Below, piece by piece: positions 11,247-24,222 of a DNA stretch of 64,000 nucleotides. A program made the position numbers and the translations under genes. The stretch is taken from positions 682,001-746,000 of the forward strand of contig RSEE01000024.1 in NCBI GenBank assembly GCA_003971905.1. The letters run 5' to 3'. The notes beneath the pieces are model-generated. The model made no database searches, was not told the origin of the DNA, and saw only the letters and a list, made by a program, of their open reading frames with translations. The number at the start of each line of letters is the position of its first letter. Within the stretch, counting starts at the first letter, position 1. Source of the DNA: Moniliella sp. 'wahieum' (taxonomy: Eukaryota).

Positions 11247-13696
11247 TTAGCGGGGGGTCAACGCCGCATGGCCGTCCCAGGCCACCAACTCTTCACACCG
11301 AGCAATCACCTCGTCGATCGACCACTTGCCTCCCGGGCCGCCCGAGCCGTACTTCAAGTGAATCAAGGTGCCAATCTCGTCGCACGCACGCAGCACATCG
11401 TCCATGTCCTTCTTGGTGTGGGCCGCCGAGACGCAAAAGCGTACGCGGGAGGAGACGAGCGGGGTGGCAGGGTAGGCTACCACCACCACGTTGATCGGTG
11501 GTCGTGACGGCACGGATTCGGGCACGAGCGAGGCCGGGTTGTCGACGTCTTCTAGTTTTGCCTTTTCCTCCGGGGAGAGGTCGAGCAAGAGTTTGGCGCG
11601 GGCTTTGCGCTGCGACGGCGGCAGGGCCAAGGAGCGGTCGAGCATCATGCGACCAAACATGGGCATCTTGCTCGGCTGGAACAGCAGAAGCGGGATGATG
11701 GGACTGTCGCGGTGCCCGTAAATGATGAATCCCAGCTTGCGCAAGCCCGAGGAGAGGTAACGTGCATTGAAAGCCAGTCGGCGCAACCGTTCCATGCCTT
11801 CTTGGCCGTTGCGCATCTGCGGCGGCAAGCCTTGTGCAACAAAGGGCGGGACCAGGGCCAATTCCTCAGCGTCGTTGCCGACGCCCATGATGATGCTCAT
11901 CGAAGCTCATAAGAGCTACAATTTGCGTCAAGACCGGCGGCGATAAGGTCTCGCCATAATTGTTGGCATGGTTCAAGAGCCGGATCCGGTCCACCACTTC
12001 CTTCGAGCCGGCAATGTACCCGCCCGCCGCGCCAAACGACTTGGTAAACGTGCCCATCAGGATCGTCACCTCTTTCGGGTCCACACCAAAGTAGTCGCAC
12101 ACGCCACGGCCGTTCGGACCGATCGCGCCAATCGAATGGGCTTCATCTACGTACAGGTGGAACTGGGGGTAGGGGTCAGCGACGCGATCGACAGCAATAC
12201 CAATGCCAAGACCAAGACCAAGACCAAGACCAAGACCAAGACCAAGACCAAGACCAAGACCAAGACCAAGACCAAGACCAAGACCAAGACCAAGACCAAG
12301 ACCAAGACCAAGACCAAGACCAAGACCAAGACCAAGACCAAGCCAAGACCAAGACCAAGACCAAGACCAAGACCAAGACCAAGACCAAGACCAAGACCAA
12401 GACCAAGACCAAGACCAAGACCAAGACCAAGACCAAGACCAAGACCAAGACCAAGACCAAGACCAAGACCAAGACCAAGACCAAGACCAAGATCAAGGGG
12501 AGGCACGTACCTTGTACCGCCGTTTGAGCCGGATCATATCGGGCAAGTTGACCAGGGTGCCTTCCATCGAGTACAGACCCTCTACAATGACAATGATCTT
12601 TTTCCAAGGGCGGTGGGTGCGGGGCATGCCCTGGGAGATGCACTCGCGCAGCAACTTTTCCAGCTTGTTCATGTCGTTGTGGCGGTACTGACGGATATGG
12701 GCACCGGAAATGCGCGCGCCAAAGCGAATGGAAGAATGGTTGTACTCGTCCGAGATGATCAACGTGCCTGGGCCAGCGATGGCCGGGATGGTGGTGGAAT
12801 TGGTGGCAAAGCCCATGGAGATCACCGTCGCTGCTTCCTGGCCGACAAAACGCGCTACCAGGTCCTCTGATTGCTTCTGCAGATCAAGGTAGCCCGCACC
12901 AAGGCGGGAGCCCAAGGAAGAAATGCCATAGGTGTTCAGACACGCCTCGACAGCATCGGCGCAGCCACCGTGGGACTGGGCAAAGCCAAGGTAATTGTAG
13001 GCCGAGACGTTGAGGCAGCGGGTCTGGGTGCCAGTGAGTTGGAACGTGCTGAAATAGTCGGGCGTGACGCGGTCCAACAGTTGGACCGTGCGGCCACACA
13101 CGCCAGTGACAGGATGGGCAAAGCAGTCGTCCAGGCGCTTCTTGAGGCGACGGGTGTAGAACGAGTCAAAGTCCGAGTTGAGCGCAGCGTAGCCATTGTG
13201 TTCCATCAAGTGCTCGTAGCTCTTGGGATAGAGACGCCTGCCAACAAAGTCGCGGCAATGACCAATGATGATGAGCACAATGTAGGTAAAGTAGGTAAAC
13301 AGAACAACCATGTACGCCGGCTCTTCTTCAAACGGAGCAGGCAGTGGCTCGCCCGTGCGGTGCTGGGACGTGTAGCGATAGGCGGGCGTGGCGTCGTGGC
13401 CAAACTCTTGGTGGATGAGGCGGGTGCCCTCGGCGGCAGTGGGGTGGGGCTCGCTGGGCTGCGGCTGCTCAGCGGGCGGGGTGGCATGCTGCGGCTGGGG
13501 CGCCTTGAGGGCGGGGGCGAGGGCCGAGAGGGTGGTGGTGTGCGCGGTGGGGTCGTCGGCGGGGGACGAGACGGAATGCTCCGAGGGGCGAACGAGAGCC
13601 GGCGGTCAGAGAGGGTGTGGGCCGGGAGTTGGACAGGGCGGCGGCCACGGCAGCGGCGTCGACGGCAGGCGCGCCGGACGGGGGGAGCGAAGCCAT
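11247..13696 (-). CDS. LCB2: Serine palmitoyltransferase subunit 2, one intron (12163-12510)
   Basis: Contains [39 protein letters not shown], the PLP-lysine motif GTFTKSFG and [17 protein letters not shown]. The intron GTACGT..GCTGAC..CAG joins RRYK to FHLYVDE in frame. Indels occur near 11910 and in the N-terminus. Confidence 0.95.
12206..12492. repeat. (CCAAGA)n hexanucleotide microsatellite, about 47 copies, inside the LCB2 intron
   Basis: Directly visible, with a single 1-nt slip near 12342. Confidence 0.99.
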
Positions 13697-13700
13697 GGCT

Positions 13701-13735
<35 letters not shown>

Positions 13736-15330
13736 TGCAGCTGGTGGCGGTGGTGGTGGTGGCGACGGAGGTGGTGGGCGGACGGGGGGGGGAGGTGCGC
13801 GGGGCGGTGCTGCGCAATCAGTCCGAGAGCAAGCCTTGGCTGAAGGCCGAGAGCATCGCGCGCCGCCAATGAGTAGCCCTCAGGCCTCAGTATCAGTACA
13901 GCAGTCCTGCTCAGTCCGACGCGCCGTCCTCGGCCCCAGTCCAGTCACCCATCATCCATCCTCTCACCTGTGACATGCGACCGAGTGACCAATCACCCGC
14001 ACGTCCGAACACTGCCCCCCTTCCCCCTTCTCCTGCCGCCCCCCCAGCCCCGGCACCACACGGCACGGCGCCCCTCACGCATCGCCGCCGGCGCGCCGTT
14101 GCGCCTGCGACCTGACAGGCGCGGTGCCGAGTGAGACGGATCGGCCCGCGCGCCCGCTTACCAGCCCACCGCGGGCACCGCGCCACCCTCCTCGCCACCG
14201 CGGCCACGTGGCACTAGGGTTATCCAGGGCCCGCTCCAGCACACTCCGCTCCCACGCCGCTGCCCGCGTATGTCATGCATCATGTGTGTCACATGTCATG
14301 CATCATGACTAGCCGTCGGCGCGGGGCACAGGCAGGCACGGGGGCAGCTGCGACGCTGCGCGTCGAGCGGGTTGCTCTTGCGACAAACGTTGAACGTTGA
14401 AACTTGAACGTTCAACTTGAACGATCGCTCCAGGGTTCAGCCGGTACGTTCAGCCCGCGCGTTGCAACCGGTCGCAGCGCAGCCGCCCCACCGCCATCCT
14501 TAATCCTTTAGCGTCCTCATTCGCATTGCGCGCACTGGCCAATCAACATTATCAACCAATCACCCCTTTCAAGCGGCCCTACGTCTCGTCCCAGCCCCGT
14601 TGAGCTGCTGGAACCCGCGCGCCTGCTGCTCCTTCCTCCTGCGCCCTGCCGCACCTGGTCCCGCTCGGCAGCTCGGCAGCGCATCTGCTCATCCGCTGCG
14701 GTGGTGTGCGGGGAGGCACAGTGGACGATCCACAGTGGGAAGACGTTGCTGGCCGAGGTGGAACCCCTCCGACTCTCTGTCCTTCTGCGCCGGTGGCTGG
14801 CGTGCGCTCCCCAGCCAAGCGTCAGATCTCAGCGACTGGGCGGCACGGGCGGGCTATAGACTGCGGAGGATCGGTGCGTGCAGGGGACTGACTGCGATGG
14901 GGAGGCAAAGTAGCAGTACTGGCAGTGACAAGGTGCGTGCCCGGAAACGGGATCTGGCGTCTGGGAGTGGCCTCCTTCACACCCTTGGGCTGGCGTTTGC
15001 TTTCCGCTGTCAAAAGCGGGGCTCAAGAAACACACGAGAGGCTAGAAAACAATGGCGGGGTGGATAGATAGATCGCTTCTCGTCGGGCGGTAATGCATAA
15101 TGCGCGTTGCATGCACGAGTGGATAGCAGAAATAGATGGAGCGCCGCAGTGAGTAGGAACTGCAATGCCAGGCCATTCTGGCCCAAGACGAACGTCCAAG
15201 TGACCCAAGCGTTGCATTTCATTGCATGCGCGGTGGTACCCTTGAAGCTGGAAGCTTGATCTCGAGCCAATCTAGACTCAAACAGAATCCCAATCCCATT
15301 CGTCGCCGCTCGAGCCATGTGGGCGTGGTA

Positions 15331-16860
15331 TCAGTTGTACATGTCAAAGAAGGGCTCAAAGCCCATCTTGGCACCTTTTGGAATACAATCAGCCCGCGCG
15401 AATGGGAAATGTACGCTTTGAGAAACCCTTGGCCGATGAGGCTCGTGACAAGTGTCTCGATCTCCAGCGCCGAAAAGGGCTCCTGCCACGCCATCTGCGC
15501 CAGCGCGGTCAAGTGCGAAATGGGGAGCGTCGGCGGTCCGTTACTGGGAGGCTGCGATTGTCGGTAGAGGACAGCCCTGAAACAAGGTTAGGATGTGGTA
15601 CCACAATTCCCAAGGGGTGAGTGCGCGCAGCGCGCAGGAGGGAGGGGGGGGGGGGAGGGTGAACGTACACTCGTCGCACCAGGCAGCCAGGTGAGCAGCG
15701 GCAGGTTCTCGTGCAAGAGGAGATGAACCTTGTGCGTTGGAAAAAGCTTTCCTTCTGGGTGCGTCGAGGAGGGACAGGAGCTGTGCGCCATTGCCCCTCT
15801 TGGCAGCCTGCTGCAGCGGATCAAACACACTTGCGAGCGGTGCGAGCGCCGGAAGCGAATAGAGCAGGGGCGAGGGGAAGATGCCTTGGATCAACCCCAC
15901 GGTCAACAGCGGGATGGCAATCAGGCGGAGATTGTGGTCGGTGGTGCAAGTGGAAGGGGTGGTGAAACTTGACGTTGCGCTGGGCGCATGGTCAAACGCC
16001 CAGCGCAGCTCAGTGTAGGCGGCACGGAACGACTGTTGCCCCAGGCGCAATCGGCCAACAAAGTAGTGATACGATACCCGGTCCGCCAAGGTATACGACT
16101 CCTCCCCTGTCCCAGGAGAGGGAGAGGGATCGTGGTCCCTGTTGGTTTTTAACGCATTGTCCACGCTGCCAAGGACCGTGCTGCAAAGCCGGAGGTTGTC
16201 CAGAGCAAAGTAGGCCTTGAAGCTAAGCACTGCCAGGGGGAGCACGGCAGCGCGTTTGGTTTCCAGACAAGGCGACGGGGTCCGGTCGTTGCTCGAGATC
16301 CCGACCGACTTGGACAGACGGCTGGCGGCATCGGTCGTGCGGGTATTGGCGTCCCCTGGGGCCGAGGCATCCGCGCGGCGAGCAAGGCGCAACAGTGTCT
16401 GACCACAAAGGACGAGCGTGGGTACGAACCACACCAGGTCGGGCTGCTGAAAAGCCAGGGCCGCTCGAGCATATACCTGCGCCCAAGCAAGGTAGGCCGC
16501 GTCAAACACGCCCCTGTCAATAGCGCGGTCGACAAGTAAAGACGAGGGCGCCGGGTGCACCGCCGCGTAGGACAGCAGCTCCGACACAAACGCAGCAATC
16601 CGCCCATTGGCCGGGGCCGAATTGCGGCCATGGACGGGCCAGGCCTTCTCTGCCGCAGCCGTACGCGCGTCGTCGGACGCACTGTTGGCGGCAGCAAGGG
16701 CAGTCCAGAGTGGAGAGGCCGGGGAGAGGGCGGTGCTGGACAATGCAGGAGCAAGTTGGGCTGCCAGGCCGCTGGCGGCCGTGGCGGGAAGAGGTGTGGC
16801 AGCGTCGGCCTGGACGGCGGCGTGGAGCAGCTGCACGGCTCGGCCGACGGCATCGGCCAT
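15331..16860 (-). CDS. PCI-domain protein of the CSN12/Thp1/PCID2 family, intron 15577-15668
   Basis: Shows KRAAVLPLAVLSFKAYFALDNLRLC, YTLADRVSYHYFVGRL and a winged-helix end EIETLVTSLIGQGFLKAYISHS. The intron reads GTACGT..CCTAAC..CAG. Some indels are present. Confidence 0.85.
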
Positions 16861-19800
16861 GGCAAGACAGCTGCGTGCGACACTCGCTCCGGCGGTGGTG
16901 GTGCGGGGATGGAGGGAGCGGGAGCGGATGGAGGACGACCGGCAGACGGGCTGGCCAGGCAAGGGCGTCTGCTGTTCTTAGGTCGTAGGTCCGCACCGTG
17001 GAAGCCACGATGAACGATGGATGGCCAGTTGAACCTGACCACCAGCGCCATGCCACCCATGTCACGTGATGCACAGTTGCAATGTTCAGCCTCTCTTGCC
17101 GCCCCGCTGACCTACTGGTGCGCCACAGACACACAACATAGCCGTCAAGCTCTTCGCCCTGCATGCATCACCATCATCGCCACCACCACCACCACCACCG
17201 CCAACTACGATGAGCTCGCTCGGCAGCCGCGAGTCCCTTTACCGCGCAGAAATCTAGGGGAAACGTGGGCAACACGCTGAGCTCCAGCGTGCCCGCGAAG
17301 AGCGCACGCGCCGCCGCCTTTTTTCCCCAGGCTCGCGCCGAGGATTCCTCCACCACCGACTGACGTCAGACGGCACGACATCTGCTGGAGCACGGGATTG
17401 AGCACTGAGCTGAACATTGGCGTATTGAAGCTAAAAGAGGTTACTTACTTAGCCTAGGGCAACGGGGCATTGCCTCGTTCCTCGAGCTGAGCACCCGCAT
17501 TATCGAGCGTGCCTTGACGGACAGGTATGATGTTACTGATGTTACTGGCGAATTATTACGTTAGAAAACGCTGCGGCCTTGCTTGCCCAAACCGGGGGTC
17601 CAATTCAGCTTCGAGAAATGTCACTCGTTGTAGGACGAGCAACTGTGCAAACACCGATCTGTCACCTCTTCATTGGTCCAGGTTTCACCCGAAGAGCAGT
17701 GCGTGGCAGCGTACTCCAAGGATCTCAGCCCGACTGGAGTGGATATGTTGAACGACAATGCACCTGATTGGCCGGGGTGTGTGTGTGGAACATGCGTTTC
17801 GACCCTGCTTCGCCGACCCGAGTTTTAGGGTTCCATGCGTCCGTAGGCGTTCTGTCGGTCGCGCACTCTCCCTTTCCGTCCCAATGTGGTCGTAGGGAGA
17901 ACGCACTCAGGGCATAATATCGTACTGTGAACCCCACGGGTGCGTGCGTTGCCTCTTAATGACCCCATTGAGCGCCAACAATGGTCGCACCCACCTGGTA
18001 TTATGTTACTTTGATCGAAACCGCAATACTTGCCATATCGCCTCGGCAGATAGCGAAGCATCGGCCTGCACGGGGGGCTGGACCAGCTCTCGCAACCCGT
18101 TGCAGCGCATCGAGTTGACGCCTCCGTCAGGCGTCGCTGGACCGAGGCCAACGTTACGCGTGACCTCGCTCCCATTGGCAGCGCAGGAGACCAACACGTT
18201 CCTCGTGGGATGGGACGATGGCGCGCTGCATTCAGCGCAACAAGTTGACCGCGCCGACAGTCTGCTGGGATCATCAGTGTTACCAAACGCGTTCTTCCTC
18301 CGCATGCGGCGCCTGGGAAGGCACGTTGCTCTCATCTCGGCAGCAACTGGAACTGGGCTTCGCTCTGGCGATGTATCTCGACGGACGTACGTAGCACCCG
18401 CAGTGGACAAAATGCTGCTGTGCCCAGCGACGCGGACGCAGCCCACCCGCAGCGGGCGCCTCTCTACCCTCCACACGCGGCTGCTGAGCTGTGAGGCCTG
18501 AGGAGAGCAACGATGACGCTGAGGGCTATGACGTTGCCTGGTACCCGAGTTACCCAGCTGTCTTTGCTCAGGTCGACGGGGGTGGGCAACGCGGACTGTG
18601 TTACCATCTTACCCTCGATTTGGAATGGCGACCTTGGTGGTGGCAGTAGGGAGAAAAAGAAGACGGGAGGGGATGGAGGCACAGCGGTATATGGAATCCG
18701 CAGCGCGTCCGTCGGGATGGGAACACTGTGTTTTACAGTTTTTGTTCCGCTTACCAGCAACTTGACCATTGCAACCTACATGGCAAGTGTTGGGGTATTC
18801 AAACACACCACACTCCAACCTCCCCCCCCTCCTGGCCATGACACTGTGGTACAAGCATCGTCCTACTCCAACCTTGTGCGATGCGAAGCTCTACGTATAC
18901 CTGTCTTGGACAGCGGCGACGACAGCACGGAAGTCTCACTCTTCCTCTCTTCTGACACATACAATCGTTCCCATTGCCCACACCGGCTTCCTTTCAGTGC
19001 ATTCTCTTCTGCTCGATAGTTAAACAGGAACGCTTATTGGAGAGATGTCAGACTCACACCGTGCTAGGGGGCCCTTGGCCCACTAGGGCAGTAAGGGCAC
19101 AACCATGGCGTGATTCCTATCAATTGATGGGAGATCCTGTGTCCACCTCTCGACTGTGCCCCCTTCCTGAGCAGGAGGTACATATACCTCCTATCCGTCC
19201 ATAGATGCAGGCAATCCATCTGCTCCCTTTCCCCCATCTCCGTCTCCTGACAAGAGAAGAAAAATGGGCGGCCCGAGGATGGATCCATCGGCCGCCCTCC
19301 ATGGTACTGGTCTCGGTACTGTGAAGTTGATGAAGGTAGCCGCCCCGCTAACGGCAAGCGCAATTGAACGTTCGAGCAACCCCTCGCCTAATCCTGCTTT
19401 ATGCTAGGAGCTTCCCAATACAAGACCACTACACCTGGGCTCCTTCGCTGCAACAAGAGAGGTAGGACGGATATTTTTAAGAAAAAGACATTATTTGGGA
19501 TAGGCGTGCTCTCGAGGACACTGCTGCCTTTTCTATACCTCTCTCGATGGGGAAGGGGAGAGGTGCGGCGGCACCCCATGGCTCAGAGATACGGGTTCGC
19601 CATCTTCAGATTGTCATAATGAGAGTGAGCAGGAGGAGGAAAGAGGAACAAAACGGTGAGGGATGGACGGATGGCGGGGACTGGCAGTGAGACGAGGAGA
19701 TAGTGTAGGGGCGTTGTTTCGTACTATATGCCAAATAGGAAGAGATGTTGGCTGCTTTTTGATTGTCTCTTTTCGGTGCCCATGGCCTGTGTGGGTGCCT

Positions 19801-19934
19801 CACATATCCCTACTATCGACTCTCTCTTATCAACTTACCACGACAAGAGTGCCATCGCATTTCAGTCTATTTCGGGACGGTCAATAATAGTGGCTGGGGG
19901 GTAACGCAGGCGAAGGAAGAAGCCAAGCAGGCCT

Positions 19935-20327
19935 TGTCATGGGCCTAGCTAGCGATGCTAGCAATGGGGAATGGAGATGGTATTCCAGAGCGAAGAGGGG
20001 CTAGGGCTCAGAGGCCAGGGGAAGCTCGTGAAAGGTCCGGGACGCGCACTTGTCCGGTTGATGCACTGTGTGCATTGGGCCACGTGTCAGTGAAGGTCGA
20101 TGGGTGGTCAACAGGCCTGGCTCTGGAGGTTACCATGCAGTGGTCCCTTTTTGTCGTGCTTGCGAAAGTGGCTTTGGGACGATGGGTTTGTCACGGTGCT
20201 CTCGGCTACTCAGGGAAATCTTCTTACTATCCTGTTCTCCTTGCCTCTACCAGGGCTTACTTACTATCCTTTGCTTCCCTGGACACTTGTCGCCTCACTC
20301 GTCTCGCCCGACGCGGCGCATAATACA
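19935..20327 (+). repeat. Diverged dispersed repeat (LTR-like, begins TGTCA), copy 1
   Basis: Shares GGCCTAGCTAGCGATGCT, ATGGAGATGG, AAGGTCCGG, TGCACTGTGTGCAT.GGGCCACGT and GGTGGTCAACA, in the same order, with 42011-42372. The right end is approximate. Confidence 0.7.
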
Positions 20328-21062
20328 GGTTGGTTGCACTGCAGAAAGCCCCTGTCGACACAGGCCAGGCGAGGCTACAATTTCAATATCCGAGGTTGCA
20401 CCGACTGCCCTTCCATCCGATCTGATAAGATGGGCGCGATTGCTGTTTTTTTTTTTGATGGCAGGCGTGGCGCTGCGCTGGCCGTGTTCGCGTCGGCGTG
20501 TCCCTCGGTTCGTTTCCCGGGCCTTGAGCTTTAAGCTTTAAGCCTCATGCGTGCCGCTGGGGACAAGCCGTGGGGCTTGTTCCCACTTTGAAGCGCACAG
20601 GAGCAGCCTGGCGACAGGCACCAGGCCCTGACGATAGCCCCGATGATCTTCTGAGGCGTGCCTCAGCGCCCCAGAGCGCTACAGGGAGGCCGGGAGAGAA
20701 AGTGCACGCGTGTGCCGCGATGGGCGCATCAGCGCTAAGCGCTAAGCGCTAAGCCGCCTCCGAAGACACCTGCACCCGCACCGCTCGGGGTGGCTGTCTT
20801 CGTTCTGGTTTGCGCGTCAACGTCAACGCGTAGTAGCTGGGGGCAGCTGGCGTGCGTTTGGCCCGACGCGGAGAGCAACGAGGAGCCAGGCTTGGGGTGG
20901 TCTGTCCTCGGCTGCCTCACGGCCTCACGCCTCATCCGCTCTCCCGCCCGGCCCGTCGAGCGCAGGAGCCGGTGGGATCCGGGGGAGGACGCCGGAGGGG
21001 GGCAGTGCCGCGGCACACAGAGCCCCCGTGGCGCGGGGCCGTGGCGTCGAGTAGCGGACTTG

Positions 21063-21070
21063 TATATATA
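21063..21070 (+). promoter_or_regulatory. TATA box of the GATA factor gene
   Basis: TATATATA in GC-rich context, about 185 nt before the ATG at 21249. Confidence 0.6.
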
Positions 21071-21248
21071 GCTCTAGTGCCGGCCGCGCTTAGGTAAGCC
21101 CCCGCTGCGATTTTCTTCGTTGATGCACATGCTGAGCCTTGCCCTCATCACGTCTCGACGGCCGCGACCACCGTCTCGCTCCTCCAGCCGCTGTGTTGCT
21201 CCCTCTCCCTCCTCCGCCTGGCCCCCGCGCGTGCCGGAGACGCCCAGC

Positions 21249-24222
21249 ATGGACCCACCACACTTTATCCTGCCCCTGCGCTTCAAGCCGGTACGCCCCC
21301 CGATCCCCCTAACTGCGTGCCATTGTCCGCCAGCCTGCTAACCGTCGGCGTCTGAGCAGCAACCGCAACCGCAACCGCAACCGCAACCGCAACAACAACC
21401 ACAACCACACCCGCTTCCGGCACCATCGTCCTCTTCCTCTCCCGCCTCTCCCCGGCTCCAGGATACGATTGCCTCGTTGGTGCGCACCTGGCGTGCCTGC
21501 CACGCGCTCACCAACGCCCTCGAGGAGGGGGAACGGTTTGAGTATGGTTCCTGGCGCATGTGGGGCATGGCGTCGCGTCGACGGCCGCTGTGCCCATCTC
21601 CCCCACCCGTTGCTACAGAGGAGGCGCAGACGACTACCACCACTCCTACCAGCGTTGTGGGCGAGGATGGGCGGAACCAACGTCGGCGCCTGCACCGCTC
21701 CTCCAGCTCGGAATCCCACGTCAGTCTCGGTGCCAGTCGCGGTGGACCCGATCCCAGTCCTGGACCCAAGTCCAATCCGCGCAAAAGGGCAGCTAAGTAC
21801 CTTGTTGAAGTCGAGTGCGATTGTGGAATGGACCTACCCGGATCCAACATTGCGTTTGGCCTCAATTCAGCTAGCACTCCGCCCCAACCGGATCTGGGGC
21901 CCCTATGGGAAGGCCACGAGTTTGACATTGAACAGTGGCTTTCTCTCCCGCTTGACGTTCCTCCCATACCACGGGACAATCCCCGCCCGGATCCAGGCGA
22001 GCGGAAGCGACACGAGCTGCCCGGGACGCAGGACAAGGGTCAGGGCACCAACGCGGCCGCCGGCACGATCGCGGTACCGGTAACGTGCAGTTCGCGTTGT
22101 GAGCATGGTGATTGCTGTCTCAAGACGCTCAGCAGCGGGTCCCAGAGCTCGGGAAGTAGTGCGTTGGGCGAGTCTGCTGGCCCACGCAAACGCTTGTGGA
22201 CCGTTCACCCTGCATCGCAGGACACAGCCAAGGCGGGCGCCGAGTCGGACGCTGCGCTGGCGTTGCATCCGAGCCCGATGCCGGCCGAAGCGGGGCTCGA
22301 GGTGCAGGCGGTTGGGCCTCAGGTCCCCCTGCCCAAGGGCAAAGAACTCTTTCCCACCCACCTTCCTCCCCGCGCCCGGCGTTGAGTGCAGATGACTTGA
22401 TGCGCGAGTTCCTCCCATGGACCGAATGCCCCCCTTCCAGCCCGTCCCGGCTGAAAGCTGCTCCTCCCTGGCACAGCTGATGGTGCCTCCGCCCGGAGGG
22501 GGCGGATGCGGGACTGGTTCCCGACCTGCTCACTGCCACCTCAGCCACGCACACAACCACCTCGTCCCGCTCGGCTATCAGCGCACCAGAGGGCCAGGGC
22601 CCCGCTGAGTCTTCTCCAGGGAAGCTTGCCATATCCACATCGGTTCCACTCAATCGAAAGGGAACGGGACGACAAGTCACCCGCTATGCTCAAGCACCCC
22701 AAGCGGATGCTGACCGCCCCCATTGTTCCAACTGCAACTCGTCGCGCACCCCGTTATGGCGTCGTGACCCTGAGAACAGGCTGTTGTGCAATGCTTGTGG
22801 CCTGTTCCAAAAGCTGCACAAGAAGCCGCGACCGATTACGCTCAAGACAATGTACGAGCATCATCCCCAGTGCGTTGCGCCCAACGCGCACCAATGTCGC
22901 GTGCACGGATGCAAGTTTGAGCCAGACAAGAATCCCCAGACGTGCGCCAATTGCGGGACGGCGACCACTCCGTTGTGGCGCAAGGACGACAAGGGCAAAC
23001 CCAACTGCAATGCGTGCGGGCTGTGGTGGGTGCTGCACAATACCCCCCGCCCGCTCAAGATGCGCGTGGACAAGATTCGCAAGCGCAATCGGATCGACGA
23101 GAGCCGAGGGGCAAGCCTCAGACCAAGCCGCCGCCCAAACCGTTGGCCAAGACGCCCGGAAAACCACCCGGCAAGACTCCCGGCAAGACTCCTCCCTCTA
23201 CCGCCGACTCGCCAGATCCTTTGGGCACGCCCTCCACTTCCGTCCTCCCTTCCCATGTCCCCTCCCCAGCCCCTGCCTCCAGTCCCTCTCCGTACCCTCT
23301 CTGGCCTCCCCGCCGGCCCCGAGCCCTGCGACCGGTCTCGCCGCCAGCATGGAGCCCAGTATGTCTGCTGCTTCCGTATCGGAGATACCGGTACAGCCCA
23401 CCTTTGCCAATCTCCTTGCCATGGTCGGTCTCGGTTCACCCCAAGCTCAAACACCCCCCGCACCCGGCGCTCCTGCCCCTCAGCCTCCTCCGCCCCCACA
23501 GTCGGCAGGAGGCCCATCTTACCTCCTTGATTCCCAGGGAGGCATCCCGCTGCTAGCCACTCGCTCGAGGGGGGGTTGTCGGTCCAGTGCCCCCACACTG
23601 GGCAGAACTGGTTTGTGCCCCAAGGAAACGAGGAGGCGTCTCTGTCCCACCCGCCATCGCAACCTCCAGCCCCACCTGCCCCCTCGGCTCCCGTTTCAGC
23701 TGCCGCGCCCGCTGCGCCCGCGCACGCTCCAGCCCCGTTGGACCTCAACCTGCCGTTCGGGGTGAACTTTAACCTGCCCACCCTGGACCCAGTTGGGTTC
23801 CCTTACCTCGACCCTACCGCTTCGTGGCCCATCCACCTTCCTATGCAGCACCCCCACACCCCGCTCTGGCCCACCAGATCTGCCTCCACCCCTTCGGGCG
23901 AGACGCCGCCCGCTGCGCCCGCGGGCGCTGGCAGTGCGCTGGGCGAGGCGATGGTGCCAGACATGAGCAAGCCCGAGGCAGCGTCGCCCGTACGCAGTGC
24001 GCGCGGCGTCCCCGTGGCCGACCGCGCGGGTCGCGGGCACAAGGACGACGCAAACCCTCGGTTCCGCGCCGCCGTTCGTCCCTGTCCCAGCCGCCTGCCG
24101 TGGGCCCCGCAGGCGCAGCGCAAGAGCAAGAGCAAATGCCAGCGCTGTCGACGCCCAGCGTCGGCCTGTCGTCCTCGGCCTCGCTCGTCGAGGCGTTCCG
24201 GCGACTGCAGCGGTCCGAGTAG
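21249..24222 (+). CDS. Two-finger GATA transcription factor, AreA/Gat1-like, with a DUF1752-like N-terminal motif; intron 21291-21359
   Basis: Fingers are CSNCNSSRTPLWRRD..LCNACGL and CANCGTATTPLWRKDDKGKPNCNACGL..RKRNR. The N-terminus reads LVRTWRAC..LEEGERFEYGSWRMW. A phase-0 intron reads GTACGC..GCTAAC..CAG. Several indels make the 3' end approximate. Confidence 0.85.

Noticed and set aside
11968..12870. Poly-KT, poly-PR and poly-DQ proteins
   Set aside because: These are translations of the intronic hexamer repeat, antisense to LCB2.
19612..19845. Solo LTR TGTCAT...ACGACA
   Set aside because: The termini are suggestive, but there is no TSD and no second copy in the window.
22724..23095. 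SreA/Urbs1 iron repressor
   Set aside because: The linker lacks the four-Cys pattern, and the N-terminal motif and second finger look AreA/Gat1-like.
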